This document shows positions 50,740 through 63,879 of a DNA stretch of 64,000 nucleotides, piece after piece (position 1 is the first letter of the stretch; the number at the start of each line of letters is the position of its first letter). Source of the stretch: Felis catus (Eukaryota). A program made the position numbers and the translations under genes. The notes beneath the pieces were generated by a model. The model was not told the DNA's origin and did no database searches. It saw nothing but the letters and a program-made list of their open reading frames with translations. The stretch covers positions 236,718,001 to 236,782,000 of the forward strand of contig NC_058368.1 of assembly GCF_018350175.1 (NCBI RefSeq), written 5' to 3'.

Positions 50740-51410
50740 AAAACTTACATTAGTCGAATAAATGAAATGCAGTTTATAATTTCAACCAACCGTGTGTGGT
50801 TCTGGGCTTTGAGTACATTCACCGTGTTGTGCAACCATCTCTGCCATCCCCCTCCAGAATCTTTTCATCTCCCCAAAGGAGCCCTACACACATTTAACCC
50901 TACCTGCCCATGCCTCTCACCCCACAACCTGGGGACCGCCATGATGCTTTCCGTCTGTCTGAATTCGACCATTCCGGGTGTCCCATGGAGGTGCAACCAT
51001 ACAGCGTTTATTCTTCTGTGACTGGCCTATTCCACTTAGCGTCATGTGTTCAGGGTTCACCCGTGTTGCAGCGTGCCAGGCTTTCCTTACTTTTCCAGGC
51101 TGAATAAAACCTGAAGGTGTAGATCACGCTGATAGATAGTCGATGTATCATGGTGATAGATCACGTGTGGTTTGTCCATTCATCTGTTGACTGGCAGTTG
51201 GGTTGTTTCCACCTGTGGGCTATTGTGAGTAATGCTGCCAGGATCGTGGGTCTGCAAACATCTGTCGGGGGCCTTCTTTCAGTTCTTAGGTGTCTCCACC
51301 CCAGAAATGGAATGGCTAGATCCTATGGTAATTTACGTTCCCAGAAATAGTTGGAATCCTTCCCCTGTGTTCTCCAGGAGCCCCACCATATCACATCCCA
51401 CCAGCAACGC
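50740..51410 (-). mobile_element. L1MB-type LINE-1 3' end
   Basis: AGTACATTCACCGTGTTGTGCAACCATC, TGACTGGCCTATTCCACTTAGCGTCATG, TCCATTCATCTGTTGA..TTGGGTTGTTTCCACC..GGCTATTGTGAGTAATGCTGC. Confidence 0.88.
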
Positions 51411-54400
51411 AATTAGCAGCACTTTATAACACATGCACACAAGACAGCCAGGCTGACCTTTACAAAGCCACAGGGCAACAGAAGGGCACGCAGCTCGCCC
51501 GTTGCAAGGGTGTGTGGGGAGGGGACAGAAGCAGGGAGAGCAGACAGAAGGGGAAATGTGGCAACTAAACAGGGAGACCCTTCCCCAGACAAGCAAAGTG
51601 ATGCATCAGGGACCAAGACGTTTGGGTACAACCGCCCGCTGCACGTATCACAGCTCCGAAAGCAGAAGGGGCTCTTTTCTTGTTTCAGAAGCTCGAAGCT
51701 CCTCTCCCGGTCTCTGGCAAAGCAGTGCTGGAGGTAACAAATGAACAAATTGCGCTGCTTGGATAACTTTCCATTTTCTCATTAGCACGTCTTGACTTGA
51801 CGAGATTGGATGGAATCAAGCAGCTGCGGAATATTCCCGGCGACAAGGGGCTCCCCCTCCCCCCTGCAGAGCCGCCCCGGCACGCACAGCTCCTGGGAGG
51901 ACGCTGCCGGTTCTGGAGACTGCGTTCCACGTGCTCTCCACCGGGGCCCGTGGTCCTGGTTCCACGTGCTCTCCACGGGGGCCCAAGGTCCTGGGAGAGC
52001 CGTGCTCTGGAGAAGGGCAACGTGCAGCGCTTCTGTGGTCCCGAAAGGAGAAAGAGGCCTCTGGAAAGTATGGAAAATGATCGTTATCTGCTTTTGTTTG
52101 GCAATTCCCACGGTGACCAGGCACAGGATCAGGTGACCCAGCAGGGGCGCGCCTCGCCCGAAGTGGGAGGAGCCAACAGCGCCCCATCGCGATGTTGAAC
52201 ACAGTCACGGTGTTTGGCCGCACAGCCTGCCCCTCGAATCCTAAACTGCCCCCTGCTTCATTGAGATACGGCTTTTGGAGGAGACTGGAAAGCATTTACG
52301 AGGAGGGCTGGTGAAACTCATAATTTGTTTATGTGGAAATTTTTTCCAGAACAGCGCACTGGGGAAACATCTCCAAAATGAAATAGTAAAGAGGCAAAAA
52401 CAGCCCGTTTGTCTCTTTTCCTACCACAGATGCACGTCAATCACAAAACGCTGCCATTTATAAGGCCGCCCTGGAGCCACTAGCAGGTGGCCCGATGCCA
52501 GGAGACGGCGAACTCCTGCCGTGCGGCCGCTGTGTCCTCCCTGGTGCACGGGGCTGGCGTGGACATCGTGTGGCCCCACACGTGGCCGGGCGGGCCAGAA
52601 GGAGCCCCATTCGCCCCCTGCAAGGGGTGAGAGGTGTTCCTGGAGCATCGTGCTGGGCTCTATGGGGGGTTCTGCAAGGCCGCCAGTCCCAGAGAGCAAG
52701 GGAGGGACAGTCAGGCAGTCCCCTCCTGGGCGAGAGGGAGAGGGGCCCGTGAGGGGCCTGGAAGGGAAGCATGGGGCCAATGCCACGCTTTCCCCTTCTC
52801 ACACCATTGCTTGCGGGGCATCTGCAGTGACAGACGGCTTCCCAGTGAGTGCAGACCAGGCATCCTGGGAACAGGAGAGGCTAGGAGGGCGCAGCTGGTC
52901 AACCGGCCAGATTGGGCCCTGTGCACGGCTCGAAGCGGGTACCTGCCACTGGTTCCAGGCACAGGAGAGAGGAGCAGGAGAGAGGCAGGAGAGAGGAGCA
53001 TTTGGGCACCCAGCCAGCATGAGAATCCCTGCAGGGTGACCCTGGGCAAGGGGCTGGCTCTCTCCCCAAAGGGACCGGAGCTGGCAAGGGCTCCTGAACA
53101 CGATGACACGGGGCCGCAAAGCAAGGAGAATGCACCAGGGACTGAAGTAACTCGACACGGAGCTGCAGCGTGTGTAGAAGGAGTCACGTGTCCAGTCCTT
53201 GTCTTTCCAGGAGACAAAACAAAACTACCTTGTGAGATGTTTTTAGTGATAGAATGCACTCTTTTACATGTAGTCAATTTCCATTAATCCAATGTTAAGG
53301 ACAGTGGGATCTTCCAACTATCAGATTAACCTGTCAATGGAGGATTAAGCAGAAACTATCTTCATATTAATCTTATGGCTGGAAACCTTTCTAAAATGTA
53401 TTAGTGTTATTTCCTTGCCTCTCAAAGCGGTGAAGTCCTCAACAGAAATGTTTGAGATGGTTCCATGCGTTCCTTGCCCATTAAAAGACCTTTAGAGCAT
53501 CTTCCATACAGGAGGTGTCCTGATGGGTGCTGAAGGCAGGAACAGAAGCATTTCCATTCATGGCACAAAGCTGGAGTTGATTCCTAACGTCACCGACAGT
53601 CTCTGCTTTTCAGTGGAAGGATTCACTTCCTTCACAGTTGATGTTGGGTCCCTATGCTGGATTTTATCCCTTTGATTTTACTTGATTACTTATTTTACTT
53701 GATTTCCTCTCCTCCCACCACCCCCCCCCCACCGCCACCCTGATTTCCTTTCTGGTCTAACACCTTCCCCTTTCCCCTTCCATCAACAACCTGGGAGTCT
53801 GTTTGTTTTTGCTCCCCTTATGTTTAACAGTGCTTTCCTCACACTCAATGAAACGCGTGTTTCTTTGCAATATGACAATGAGAAAACCATTTGCCACATC
53901 ACGTTATTCTATCTTCCCGCCCCCACCCATGCCCAACTCAGATGAAATGTTAGGTTGACACGTTTGGAATGGTTTTACCTCAGCACCACCCGCCCTCCTC
54001 TCTAAGATGTTCTCCCCGGGACATAATTACTCCTGGATTTGCTCAGAGGATTTAGCAGATTTCATTTAAGATCGCTTTAAGAATTTCCCTGGATGTAGGT
54101 CTCTTCTATTTCAAGAAACATAAGTTAGCGTACAATTACGCTATGTTTCCAAGTAGTATATAATCATCAAGAGAGAAAGAGTGGGGAGGGGAAGAGAGAA
54201 AGAGAGATGCTGCTTGGGCTCAGGGTGAAGCAGTTGTGGCCATCTCTGCGTCTCCCACATCTGAGGGTCAGGTGCTCTGTGTTCTCTTTAGAATCTTCGC
54301 CAGTATTTGCTCAGACAGACTCCCAGTCTGTGTATTTTCTAACATACATATCTATCTATAATATCTTTCACCTTGATGGGTCGGTAATAGCTTGGCTGGG

Positions 54401-57400
54401 TATAGAAGTCTTGGTGTGCTGTCCTTGTCCTGAACCCTCTGTAACTGAGTTTGCTCCTGTAAAATGCCATTTTACGTTTCGTGTTTCATTTGCACTGTTG
54501 ATACCGGAGAAAACTAATAGCAACCTTGGTCTTTGTTTTGTTAATAGTTGGGTATTCGTGCCTGAAAACTTATCAGATGTTTTCTTCCATTTTAGGGATA
54601 TCTAAGTATATTAGTTAGTTAGCCATTTCAGCCTACCAATGGGGCATCTCCTTAGCTCAGAAATTCTCATCTATTACTTGCTTAATTATATTTCCCATAT
54701 ATCCCTTTTCTGCCTCTGGAACACCAGTTACACTATATTAGTTCTCTCAGATCCTTCCTGCAATTCTCTGATTTCCCCCTCCCACCGTGTCCTATCTCTT
54801 GGTGTATTGGTTCTTCATTTTACAGGCCACTAACTTCTGGTGTGACAATGTCTATATTTTTCTTGCATTTATTTCCTGATTTGGCTGTTTTTTGTTTTGT
54901 TTTGGTCTTGTTTAGACCCATGCCCCGAAAAGAAAAAGTCAGGGAAGAGGTATAGCCCTTGCCCTGACTTTTGGCCTGTCCACTGCAATTTCCTTGGCTC
55001 AGGGGTGGTGGAAATGGAGGAAAAGACAGATTTTCAGGCCTTTTTCTTAGAATCTCCACAAGAATCACCATGTAAGTTTAAAAGCATAGAGGGTTAAACA
55101 AAGTCTGAAAGAAACCAGAAAAGTCCTTTGGAGCCATACAAGACGCACACACATTATGTAAATCAGAGGTCAAACAGACTACTAGAAACAATGTAGAATG
55201 GGGGGTTTCATATGAGATTTGATTTGCTGCCTTTGTGGGAGCTGCTAAAATATTCTTTGGCATCTGGTGCTGAGAGCGAGGTCCCCCGGGCAGGTGGCTG
55301 GATTGAAAGATGGCTGTGTGGAGGGGGAGCAGGTTGGGAAGGACTAAATCTCCTGGAACCTTGAGCAAAGGTGCTTGAACCTACATCCATCCCCCCCCAC
55401 CCCGGAATCTGTGAAGCCTCCAACCGGGGTTAGTTGTCTTTCTCACAGAACCTGTACCCCCAGCTCCCCCCACACCACTGCCAGGCCCCACATCACTTCC
55501 TTCAGAGCTCAGGCAGGCCAGAGGCTGGCTAACCCATGCTCTGCCCCTGCGCACAGCACACACCAGGCCGCGTCCTCTAGGGGATGTGGCACAAGGGCCG
55601 TGCCCAGGGGCTCAGCGGGTGTGGACTCAGCTTCCACTGCCTGAGTCACGTGGGGCATGGTAACAGCACGGAGCGTGGCAGCCCGTGACCCACGGCGGCC
55701 GCTGACCCGTCTTCCCGCCAGACCGGTCCTCTCCACGTTGCACCAAAAATCATCCTTTTCTTGGGAAGGAAGGCTGCATTTCAGGAGAGACCTGGGTGCA
55801 GAGCCACAGAAAAGCCATACCAAAAGTATTTATGAGCTAGAAGTACCTAAGCCCCCGGATTAAACAGCCAGTGTTATGTTGAGTCAGTTGAAGAGCGACC
55901 GGGCTCAGTAAGCACCGTGTTGTCAAATCACGCCCGCTGGAAGTAGAGAGAATGGAGGCACTATGATTAGTGTTTACATTAAAACTGGGGGGAGCGCCTT
56001 GGGTAAGTCCTTCCCTCTTCGCCCGGGCTTAGGCTAACCCAGACCCAGGCCACACTCACTTGATGGGTTTAAAGGGCTTTACGTGAAGTGCAGCTTATAT
56101 TGAATTTCTTTGTTTCTTGTTTTGAAGGTCCCTGAAGACATGGTAACTACAAAGCAGGCCCGAATAACAGGAATGTTGGAACAGATGTTATTTGGGCATT
56201 TCCACATAATAAAGACTTCTAATAATCCCCGATGCCCAATTATCCCAACAGTCCCACCAAAGTTTTCGCTCAGTGCATGATAAATGCAGACGATATCGAC
56301 TTGAATAAAACCACAATGATTTAGGACACGGGTGATGCCAATCAAAGGAGACTTGTAAACAACCGACAACCACAGTTCTTAGAACCAAGATTAGCCAATA
56401 AGCCAACTTTGTACTTACATAAAACCAATTAGTCAAGGGGCAGTTGCATGACACAGGCAATGCTCTCTGAGGAAAATAATGTTTTCTGCCTTTCTAGATC
56501 AAAACCGTGTCCTGATGGTCAACAGTGGCCACTGCCTGACGGCACACTGCGCTCCCATGCTTTGCCCTAGTCGGAAGGTGGTGCCCTAGGCTCGTGCCCT
56601 GGTCTGGGGAAAGATGCCATCTTCCCTTAAGTACTTTTATTTGTTAGGGTAGAGGGAGGTCCAGGGCAATTGCAGAACCGGTCAGAAATGGGAGGCATAC
56701 CACCTGTTCGCTTTCTTTTGTTTGGTTCTTTTATTGTGAGAGTGCAAACAGCACAGTCCACGAACGCAGCCTCGGATACTTTCCAGCTTGAAGAGAGTTC
56801 TACGTGAAACGGGGAAAGGAAGTCTCTTCCCTCTCTCTACTGCACATCCAACACTTAACTCCACACTCCGATGATAATATGAGGTGAAGATTAATCAGAA
56901 GAATTTGCAAGACCAGGCCAAGTCCAGTTTAAGAGTTCAGTATTTTCATGCCCAAAGCGCGTAAATACACTATACACAAATAATACATATCTTAAAGGGA
57001 GACGAATACCCTTTGGTGTCAAAAGGCCATGTCTGATGGTGGCCAGCTATCTACCTGGGAGCTCTGATCCCTTCTGAGAGAAAGGTAAGAGAATTTAAGA
57101 GACAAGTGAGAAATTCCTAACCCTCCTTTCCAGCGCCCCGATAAAAGGAGTGGGTGAGGGAAGGGGAACGCATGAAGGACACACTCGGTGCCTCTAGGAT
57201 CCAGGTGCCAGGAAGGGCTGGGACGTAACGTGGGTGTAAGGAGTCACAGGCACAGCTTTGGAGGGGATGGTTGCCCAGGCACCTGTCACACTTCCCAGAG
57301 GCAGCTCCTCAGGTCACGTCAACCCATAGACACAGCCAGGGCCACTCCCTGTGGCCTTCCCCTTCCCCTCTGGATGCTACGGGTGGGTCTCTTGACAAAG

Positions 57401-57729
57401 GATTAGCAGCCTCCGGAAGCACCCACACACCACCACGTGGGATCATTTAGGGCAGTTGTTCATCAAGAGAGTAAACGTATTCCAAACTCAGCTGCCTTCG
57501 TCCACCTCCTGTGACTCGTGGCAGTTGGGGGGCCTCTATCATCCACCATCAAGTTTGGGGCACCTACCTTGAGTAGATTTCTCTTTTCAGTTTAAACGTG
57601 CTTTTATTTTACATAGAGCATATTTCCAACTTACAGAAAATAATTAACCCTCCTGGGCCCACTATCAAAATTTAACATAGGTTAATATTTGGCCATATTA
57701 GATCCAAATGACTTTTTTTTAAAAGCCTT

Positions 57730-57918
57730 GGATGCTTGGGTTCTCAGTTGGTTAAGTGTCTGACTCTTGATTTCGGCTCAGGTCACGATCTCACAGTCAA
57801 TAGGATCAAGCCCCACGTCAGGTTCTGTGCGGACAGAGAGGACTCTGCTTCAGATTCTCTCTCTCGCTGTCTCTCTCTCTCTCTCTCCAAATAATAAACT
57901 TTAAAAACAAAAAGACAT
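57730..57918 (+). mobile_element. Can-SINE (SINEC), older copy
   Basis: SINEC head and body; AAAGCCTT on both flanks. Confidence 0.9.
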
Positions 57919-59039
57919 AAAGCCTTGTGAAACCACGCGATCTTAGCCAAAAGGCTGAGAAGCAATGTGAAACTCATTTTATGGAGGCACACAGGTTTTT
58001 GAAACTTCTGTAAGTGGGACACGTTCCTTTATGTGGCCACCAGCACTCGGACATGGCAGGGTCACCAAGGACCCACTCTTCCTCTCCATCACCTCCTGGT
58101 TTTGTCATGAATAGTATTCAAGTGAACAGCAGTGACCTCTAGATGTCATCTGGCAGTGACACTCTCATGTTGGACAAGCTGACCCTCAAACCCCAACTAC
58201 AGTTCCAGGAAAAGGAGTCACCCTGGGCTAAACATGTCCAACTAAAAGTTACATTTCTAAGATCCCAAAAGGCTACTCTGAAGGAAGAAGCTGGGTCTGA
58301 TAAAAGCCTCATTTTATGCTCAACACAAAATGTCACTGGGAAAAATGATGACAAAATAAAATTTGCTTCCTCTGGCAACCCCATCTTTGGAATCACAAAA
58401 TGGAAATTGGGCCGAGAGACAACCCCAGGTAGAGGGAAGCAGGCTGGTCTGGAAGAGGAAGTGACTCGTGCAAGAGGGGTGGGGCCCGGGTGACAGAGCC
58501 AGGGCTGGCTCCCTCAGAAACACAGCCCGGCTGCTGTCACCACAGCATGGACACAGCAACTGCCCTTTCCACCTCACAGAGTGTGTCTCAGTTATTAGTT
58601 ACTGGGGAGCAGGGAAGAGATGTGAGGACTCGTGTCCCTCTAATGCCACTTCTGCAAAGGCTTGCTGGCTGTGTCAGCCAGCTGGCGGGGAGGTGGTGGG
58701 GGGAAGGGAGTGGGGTGGGGGGTAGGGGCATGATTTAGCCCCCCACTGATTGGACCTTACTATAGATGCTGGCTGAACAGCCCCCCGCACTCACGCAATA
58801 CTTACACGTTTGCAAGCTCCAGAAATACTTAGTAAGTTAGTGCAGCTGAAAATTCATTTGCTCTGATTATTGAAGCTACAAATATACACCAATGCACAAA
58901 ATCTTGAGACCACAGAAATGTATGTGAATCAGGAATAAACCCTGTTAGCCTCTGACACAGTTCTTTCAGATGCTTCTCTACATCCTTCTTTGGGAACGTG
59001 CTTCAGCCCACCCGACGCCCGCTCGCTTATGCCATCCGA

Positions 59040-59250
59040 CCCCTTCACAATCCATCACGACTCCACTTCAATGGTTGCATGAGACTGTGTCAAATATTTC
59101 ATCAAATTAATGCCCTAATTTATGTAACCATTGCTTTACATTGGTTTATCCTCAGTGTTTCCCTATTATAAATAATACTGCAGTGAACATCTTTGTACAA
59201 TATATTGTGGACATCTCTGAGTATTTGCTAGGGATAGATGCCTGTAATAG
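59040..59250 (-). mobile_element. L1ME-type fragment
   Basis: CTATTATAAATAATACTGCAGTGAACATCTTTGTACA...TAGGGATAGATGCCT is antisense old-L1 3' sequence. Confidence 0.6.
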
Positions 59251-59619
59251 GTTTATTTATTTTTTCATTTCCCTATTTACTAATCTATTCAATTAATATT
59301 TATTATATGGTGGGTCAGTTGACCTCAGAACCTTCCTGACATAGAATTTTTAAAGGAATAGATAATATAAAATAAATTTCATGTATTTGTGTATATATGC
59401 ATTTTTAATGCACACCAACAAGCATAAGATAATTCACAGAAGCCAAAATCAATAAGACAAGGTGACTTCAGAGATATTACCAAGTCTGAGTGCACCTGCT
59501 CATCTCTCCAGATTTAGAGTGTTCAATTTAATACAACATGTGCAGGGAAAAGAGATAAAGCCTTTGTCACTAGGAGATGGAAAAGCTCATCTGTATCCAC
59601 ATAATAGAACTACAGAAGT

Positions 59620-60545
59620 TTACACCGGTAATTAGCAGGTGAAAGGAGGTGGGGGGGGGGGCCTCTCCCCAAAGAGAAAGCAGTAATGGACCACACTTCT
59701 CCAAGGCCAGGCTCTGGGCAGATAAACCCACGTCCTTCCTGAGAGCCCGTAACCACAACCCACGGGTTCAGGGCTCTAACTCATGCCCCATATGTCCCAG
59801 TAATCCCACACCCGGAAGTTAGTTTACAATGGCTGTGATACGATGCCTGAGAAAGACACGGCATCATCCGTGTGGTGTTCCAGAAGAAAGGCATAAGTAA
59901 GTTCAGGGTGATCATGAGAAGGTATCGGACAAATCCGGATGGAGAGACATTCACAAAGTAACTAACCAGTGTCTTCAGGAGTGCCAAGTCACAGAAGGCA
60001 AACACGGAGGACCTGACAGATTTGGGAGGCTAAGGAGACCCAGCAAATGCATGTAACATGTCCTCCTGGCTGGGGTGGTGGAGCAGAAATAAGGCATGCA
60101 TGGGAAACTGGTGAAGTTTGAGTAAGATCTGTAGCCTAGTTAAATTAAAAGTAAATGCTATGAACAAGTAGGGGCACCCGGGTGGCTCAGTCAGTTGGAT
60201 ATCCAACTTTGGCTCAGGTCAGGATCTCACAGTTCACAAGTTCTAGCCCTGGGTCGGGCTCTGTGCTGCCAGCTCAGAACCTGGAGCCTGCTTCGGATTC
60301 TGTGTCTCCCTCTCTCTCTCTCTGCCCCTCCCCTGCTCATGCTCTGTCTCTGTCTCTCTCTCTCAAAAATACATACACCTTAAAAAAACATTAAAAACAA
60401 CATACTATGACCGTGTTAATTTCCTGATTTTGAAAACTGCTCTGAGGGTGTGGATGTTAAAATTAAAGGAGACTGGGCAAAGGGGGCATGAAAATTCTGT
60501 ATTATTTTACACAGGTCTAAAATTATTTCAAAATGCAAATGTAAA
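59620..60545 (+). mobile_element. L1MC-type 3' UTR remnant, SINE-interrupted
   Basis: GGCTAAGGAGAC...GGGAAACTGGTGAAGTTTGAGTAAGATCTGTAG...[SINE]...TGTTAATTTCCTGATTTTGA...TCTAAAATTATTTCAAAAT. Confidence 0.75.
60171..60397 (+). mobile_element. Can-SINE (SINEC)
   Basis: SINEC head, body and tail; degenerate TSD ATGCTATGA/ATACTATGA. Confidence 0.93.
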
Positions 60546-60699
60546 AGTCATCATAATAAAGCGACCCTGAGTTGCTGGTGCACTCAGGAGCCTAGATGAA
60601 GTCATGAGGTCTCTCTAGAGAAACATATCTTAAACAAAAACCTCAATAATATCCACAGAGAAAGTTCTAATGACCATCGGATGACAACTAAGAAAAAAC

Positions 60700-62475
60700 T
60701 CAGGAAGCTCGCAGGGAAACAAGCCAGTATGAGTCAGACACAACAGAAAAGAAAATGAAGCAACTGTCATAAGTTTCATGAAGTCCTCAGATGATTAAAT
60801 CACCAAAATATGTAACAACTTATTTAATAAGAAAAAAAAAGAGCATAAAAGTATGACAAAATAGCAAGCTAGATAACTAGGCAGACTTTAAAGGAAGCAT
60901 GTGAAAGTAACTATGGGATTATTGTATGTAAATAATTGTAAATTGTATGTAAATTGTATGTATGTAAATAAATTGTAAATATGCAATTATGTAATTATTA
61001 AGAGGAGAAAAACCAAGGGATATTGAATTTTTATGTATCAGGCAAATATTAGAAACAACTTAAGACAGAGCTGAGCTGGACAATGTATCTAAAGAGAGTA
61101 TCCAGAATATAACAGAGATAAACAGCAAGATACGAAATTAAAACAAAGGTTGGAGATGTGAATTATGGAGTAGGAAAGCCTAATGTACCTCTCTCTGGTA
61201 CTAGCAGAATAAAATAACAATGAGGAAAAAGCAATATTTGAAGAGATAGTGACTGGTCATTTTCCAGAGAAAGTAAAGGACACGAATCTTTATATTAAGG
61301 AAACCCAATAAATCCCACACAGTATAAATAAAAATCCACACTTGACACCCTACGGGGACTTTGCAGAACACCAAAGACAAAGGGGAGAGCTTCGATAGAG
61401 CCAGAAAAAAAGAAGTAACTCTCAGCCTAAAGTGTAATGCCCCGAAATACTATCTTTCAAGAACGAGGGCAAATAAAGACATTTTCTGACAATCAGATGC
61501 TGAGAAGTTTACCACCAAGTGAAGCCAGAAGATAACTTGTCTATGAAGGAGAGTGATCCTGACTGAAAGCTGACCTCTCAAAAATAACAATGGAAACCAG
61601 AATACAATGGATTCTCTTCAAAGTGTCAAAAGAGTCTGCCATCTGAGGGTCGACTGCTCAGAACCCCTGTCCTAAAGAAGAGGGCAAAAGAAAGGTGTTT
61701 TTCTGACAAATACACAAGGAGAGAGAGTTCACTACTATTGGAAGTAAAACTTGAATGGAATATCTGGGACACAAGCAGAAAAGGAACACAGGCAATGGTG
61801 AACACGAGGCTAGATCAAAGCAAGCAGTGCCTTAATGAAGTGAGAATAGCAAAGTCTCACATTAGGAAACAAAATACGGAAATAAAATATCAGAATGTAA
61901 ATGCCAGAAAGCGTCTGACTCAAGAGGGAAGTAATTAACCCTAAAGAAGTCTAAGTCTCTTACGTTGTTTGGTAAGACAAGAAAGATGTGTTTAATTTGG
62001 AGTTAGTCAAGTTAAAAATTCCTAAATCCCATGGAAACCACTAAAAGAGTTTAACTGAAGTGTATATCTTCCAAACTTGTCAAGGACAAAAATGGAAGGA
62101 GAAAAAGAATTAAAGAAAGAAAGGAAAAACTGATTAAGAATAGAAAGCACACGGCAGAAATAAACCCAGAGTATACAAAATCATTAAAGAAATCTGACCC
62201 TTTATCTTAAAAACAGATTGTCAGATTAGCTATCATCCAATTCATCAATATGTTCTTAAAAATAGACACCCTAAAAAAACCCAAAAGCATCCAGAAAGTT
62301 TGGAAGGAAAACGTAAAAAAGAAGGAAATGACCAATGATATTAACATAAAGCGAAATAGATGGTAAGGAGAAAGGCGATATTAGTGGACACTGAAAACAT
62401 TTAAGTCATCAGGAAGATACATAAATTTTCACCTTCTATGAACTTAATAGTATAGCTCCAAAATAAATTAAGTGA

Positions 62476-62558
<83 letters not shown>

Positions 62559-62720
62559 AGAAAGAATAAAAAGAAGAAAAAATTAAATAAGACAAATTGA
62601 AATATCTACCATCATGGTGAGAGATGATAATATGCCTCTCCCAGAAACTGAAAGATCAAACTGAACTGACCCCAAAATTTCAGGATGAATTCAGTGTGAG
62701 CAACAAATTAATAGACATCA
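60700..62720 (+). mobile_element. Decayed L1M ORF1 / inter-ORF / 5' ORF2 remnant
   Basis: GCAATATTTGAAGAGATAGTGACTG..CATTTTCCAGA, GCAGAACACCAAAGACAAAG, CTATCTTTCAAGAACGAGGGCAAATAAAGACATTTTC are L1 ORF1-like; no intact frame. Confidence 0.7.
62474..62582. repeat. (GAAA)n tetranucleotide microsatellite
   Basis: Long, slightly interrupted GAAA run. Confidence 0.97.
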
Positions 62721-62979
62721 TCTATAAAATCTCAGCAAGTAATCAGTGGTGAAGCAAGTCTCAAATTTCTAAAGACCTGGAAACTGGATCTAAAGATCCG
62801 GAACAAAGTCATACAAAGGATAGTTCTGAAGGAGAAAGTCTGCTGTTGAGATTTTTGTTGTCCCAGATCTCAGGATGCAGGATAGAAGTGGACGTGTATG
62901 GACCCAGCCGTGGACTTCAGCAGACCTCTGGGTCAGAACAGAGTCCAGCAGGAGCCCTCCACACAGAGTGTAAATTATT

Positions 62980-63205
62980 GTTTTCTTTTTTTGTTGTTGT
63001 TGTTAACTTAAAATTTAATTAGTTAACATAGAGGGCAATACTGGCTTCAGGAGTAGAATTTAGTGATTCATCACTTACATACAACACCCAGTGCTCATCA
63101 CAAGTGCCCTCCTTAGTACCTGTCACCCACCTAGCCCATCCCCCACCCACCTCCCTCCAGCAAACCAGTTTGTTCTCTATCGATAAGAATCTCTTGTGGT
63201 TTCTT
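62980..63205 (-). mobile_element. Carnivore L1 3' UTR fragment (5'-truncated)
   Basis: TTCAGGAGTAGAATTTAGTGATTCATCACTTACATACAACACCCAGTGCTCATCACAAGTGCCCTCCTTA is the antisense carnivore L1 3' end. Confidence 0.88.
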
Positions 63206-63424
63206 CTTTTTTTTTTTTTTTCAACGTTTATTTATTTTTGGGACAGAGAGAGACAGAGCATGAACGGGGGAGGGGCAGAGAGAGAGGGAGACACAGAATC
63301 GGAAACAGGCTCCAGGCTCTGAGCCATCAGCCCAGAGCCCGATGCGGGGCTCGAACTCACGGACCGCGAGATCGTGACCTGGCTGAAGTCGGACACTTAA
63401 CCGACTGCGCCACCCAGGCGCCCC
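63206..63424 (-). mobile_element. Young felid SINEC_Fc
   Basis: Near-consensus; perfect TSD TCTTGTGGTTTCTT (63192-63205 / 63425-63438). Confidence 0.96.
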
Positions 63425-63444
63425 TCTTGTGGTTTCTTAAAGTA

Positions 63445-63870
63445 AATAAAGAAATGGCAATCTAAAGAAAAAAATGAGCAAAACCTGTGAATCGGCAGTC
63501 CACAGAAGAAGAAAAGCAAACAAAAAAACAAGTGAGCACATGAAACCATACATACTCAACACAAGGGAAGTACCAATGAAACATCAAGGAGAACGATGTA
63601 TATAACAATTTATCAGATTGGAACAGCCGCCATATCTGCCAATGGCAAGTGTTGGCGATGACAGTGGCACATGGGAAACTCATGCGTGGCTGATTCGGAC
63701 AAGGCAACCTTCAGCAAAGCTGGCTGGTCCACAACCACCCAGCGTGGTCCTGTTCAGACCTAAGTGCTCCAGAGAAACACTCTCATCCTCTTTAAGGCAC
63801 ATGTGCAAGAAGGTTCTAGAAGGCTTGCTGGAACAGAAACTGAACAAGCTGCCTGTCAAGTAAAGCAGTA
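63445..63870 (+). mobile_element. Decayed L1 ORF2 3' fragment
   Basis: CAAGTGTTGGCGATGAC.GTGG..CATGGGAAACTCAT and ACATGTGCAAGAAGGTTCTAGAAGGCTTG resemble ORF2 C-terminal sequence. Confidence 0.55.
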
Positions 63871-63879
63871 TGTGGCTGA

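Noticed and set aside
56079..56460. Possible + strand acceptor (TTGTTTTGAAG) with a short open frame, plus minus-strand ORFs
   Set aside because: Peptides unrecognisable; no matching upstream exon identifiable
58143..58493. 116-aa ATG-initiated ORF with protein-like composition
   Set aside because: No recognisable family, promoter or processed-pseudogene hallmarks; BLASTP or PhyloCSF support would be needed to revive it
45200..63870. Using L1 strand bias to infer host-gene orientation
   Set aside because: L1 fragments occur on both strands across the window, so the signal is not decisive
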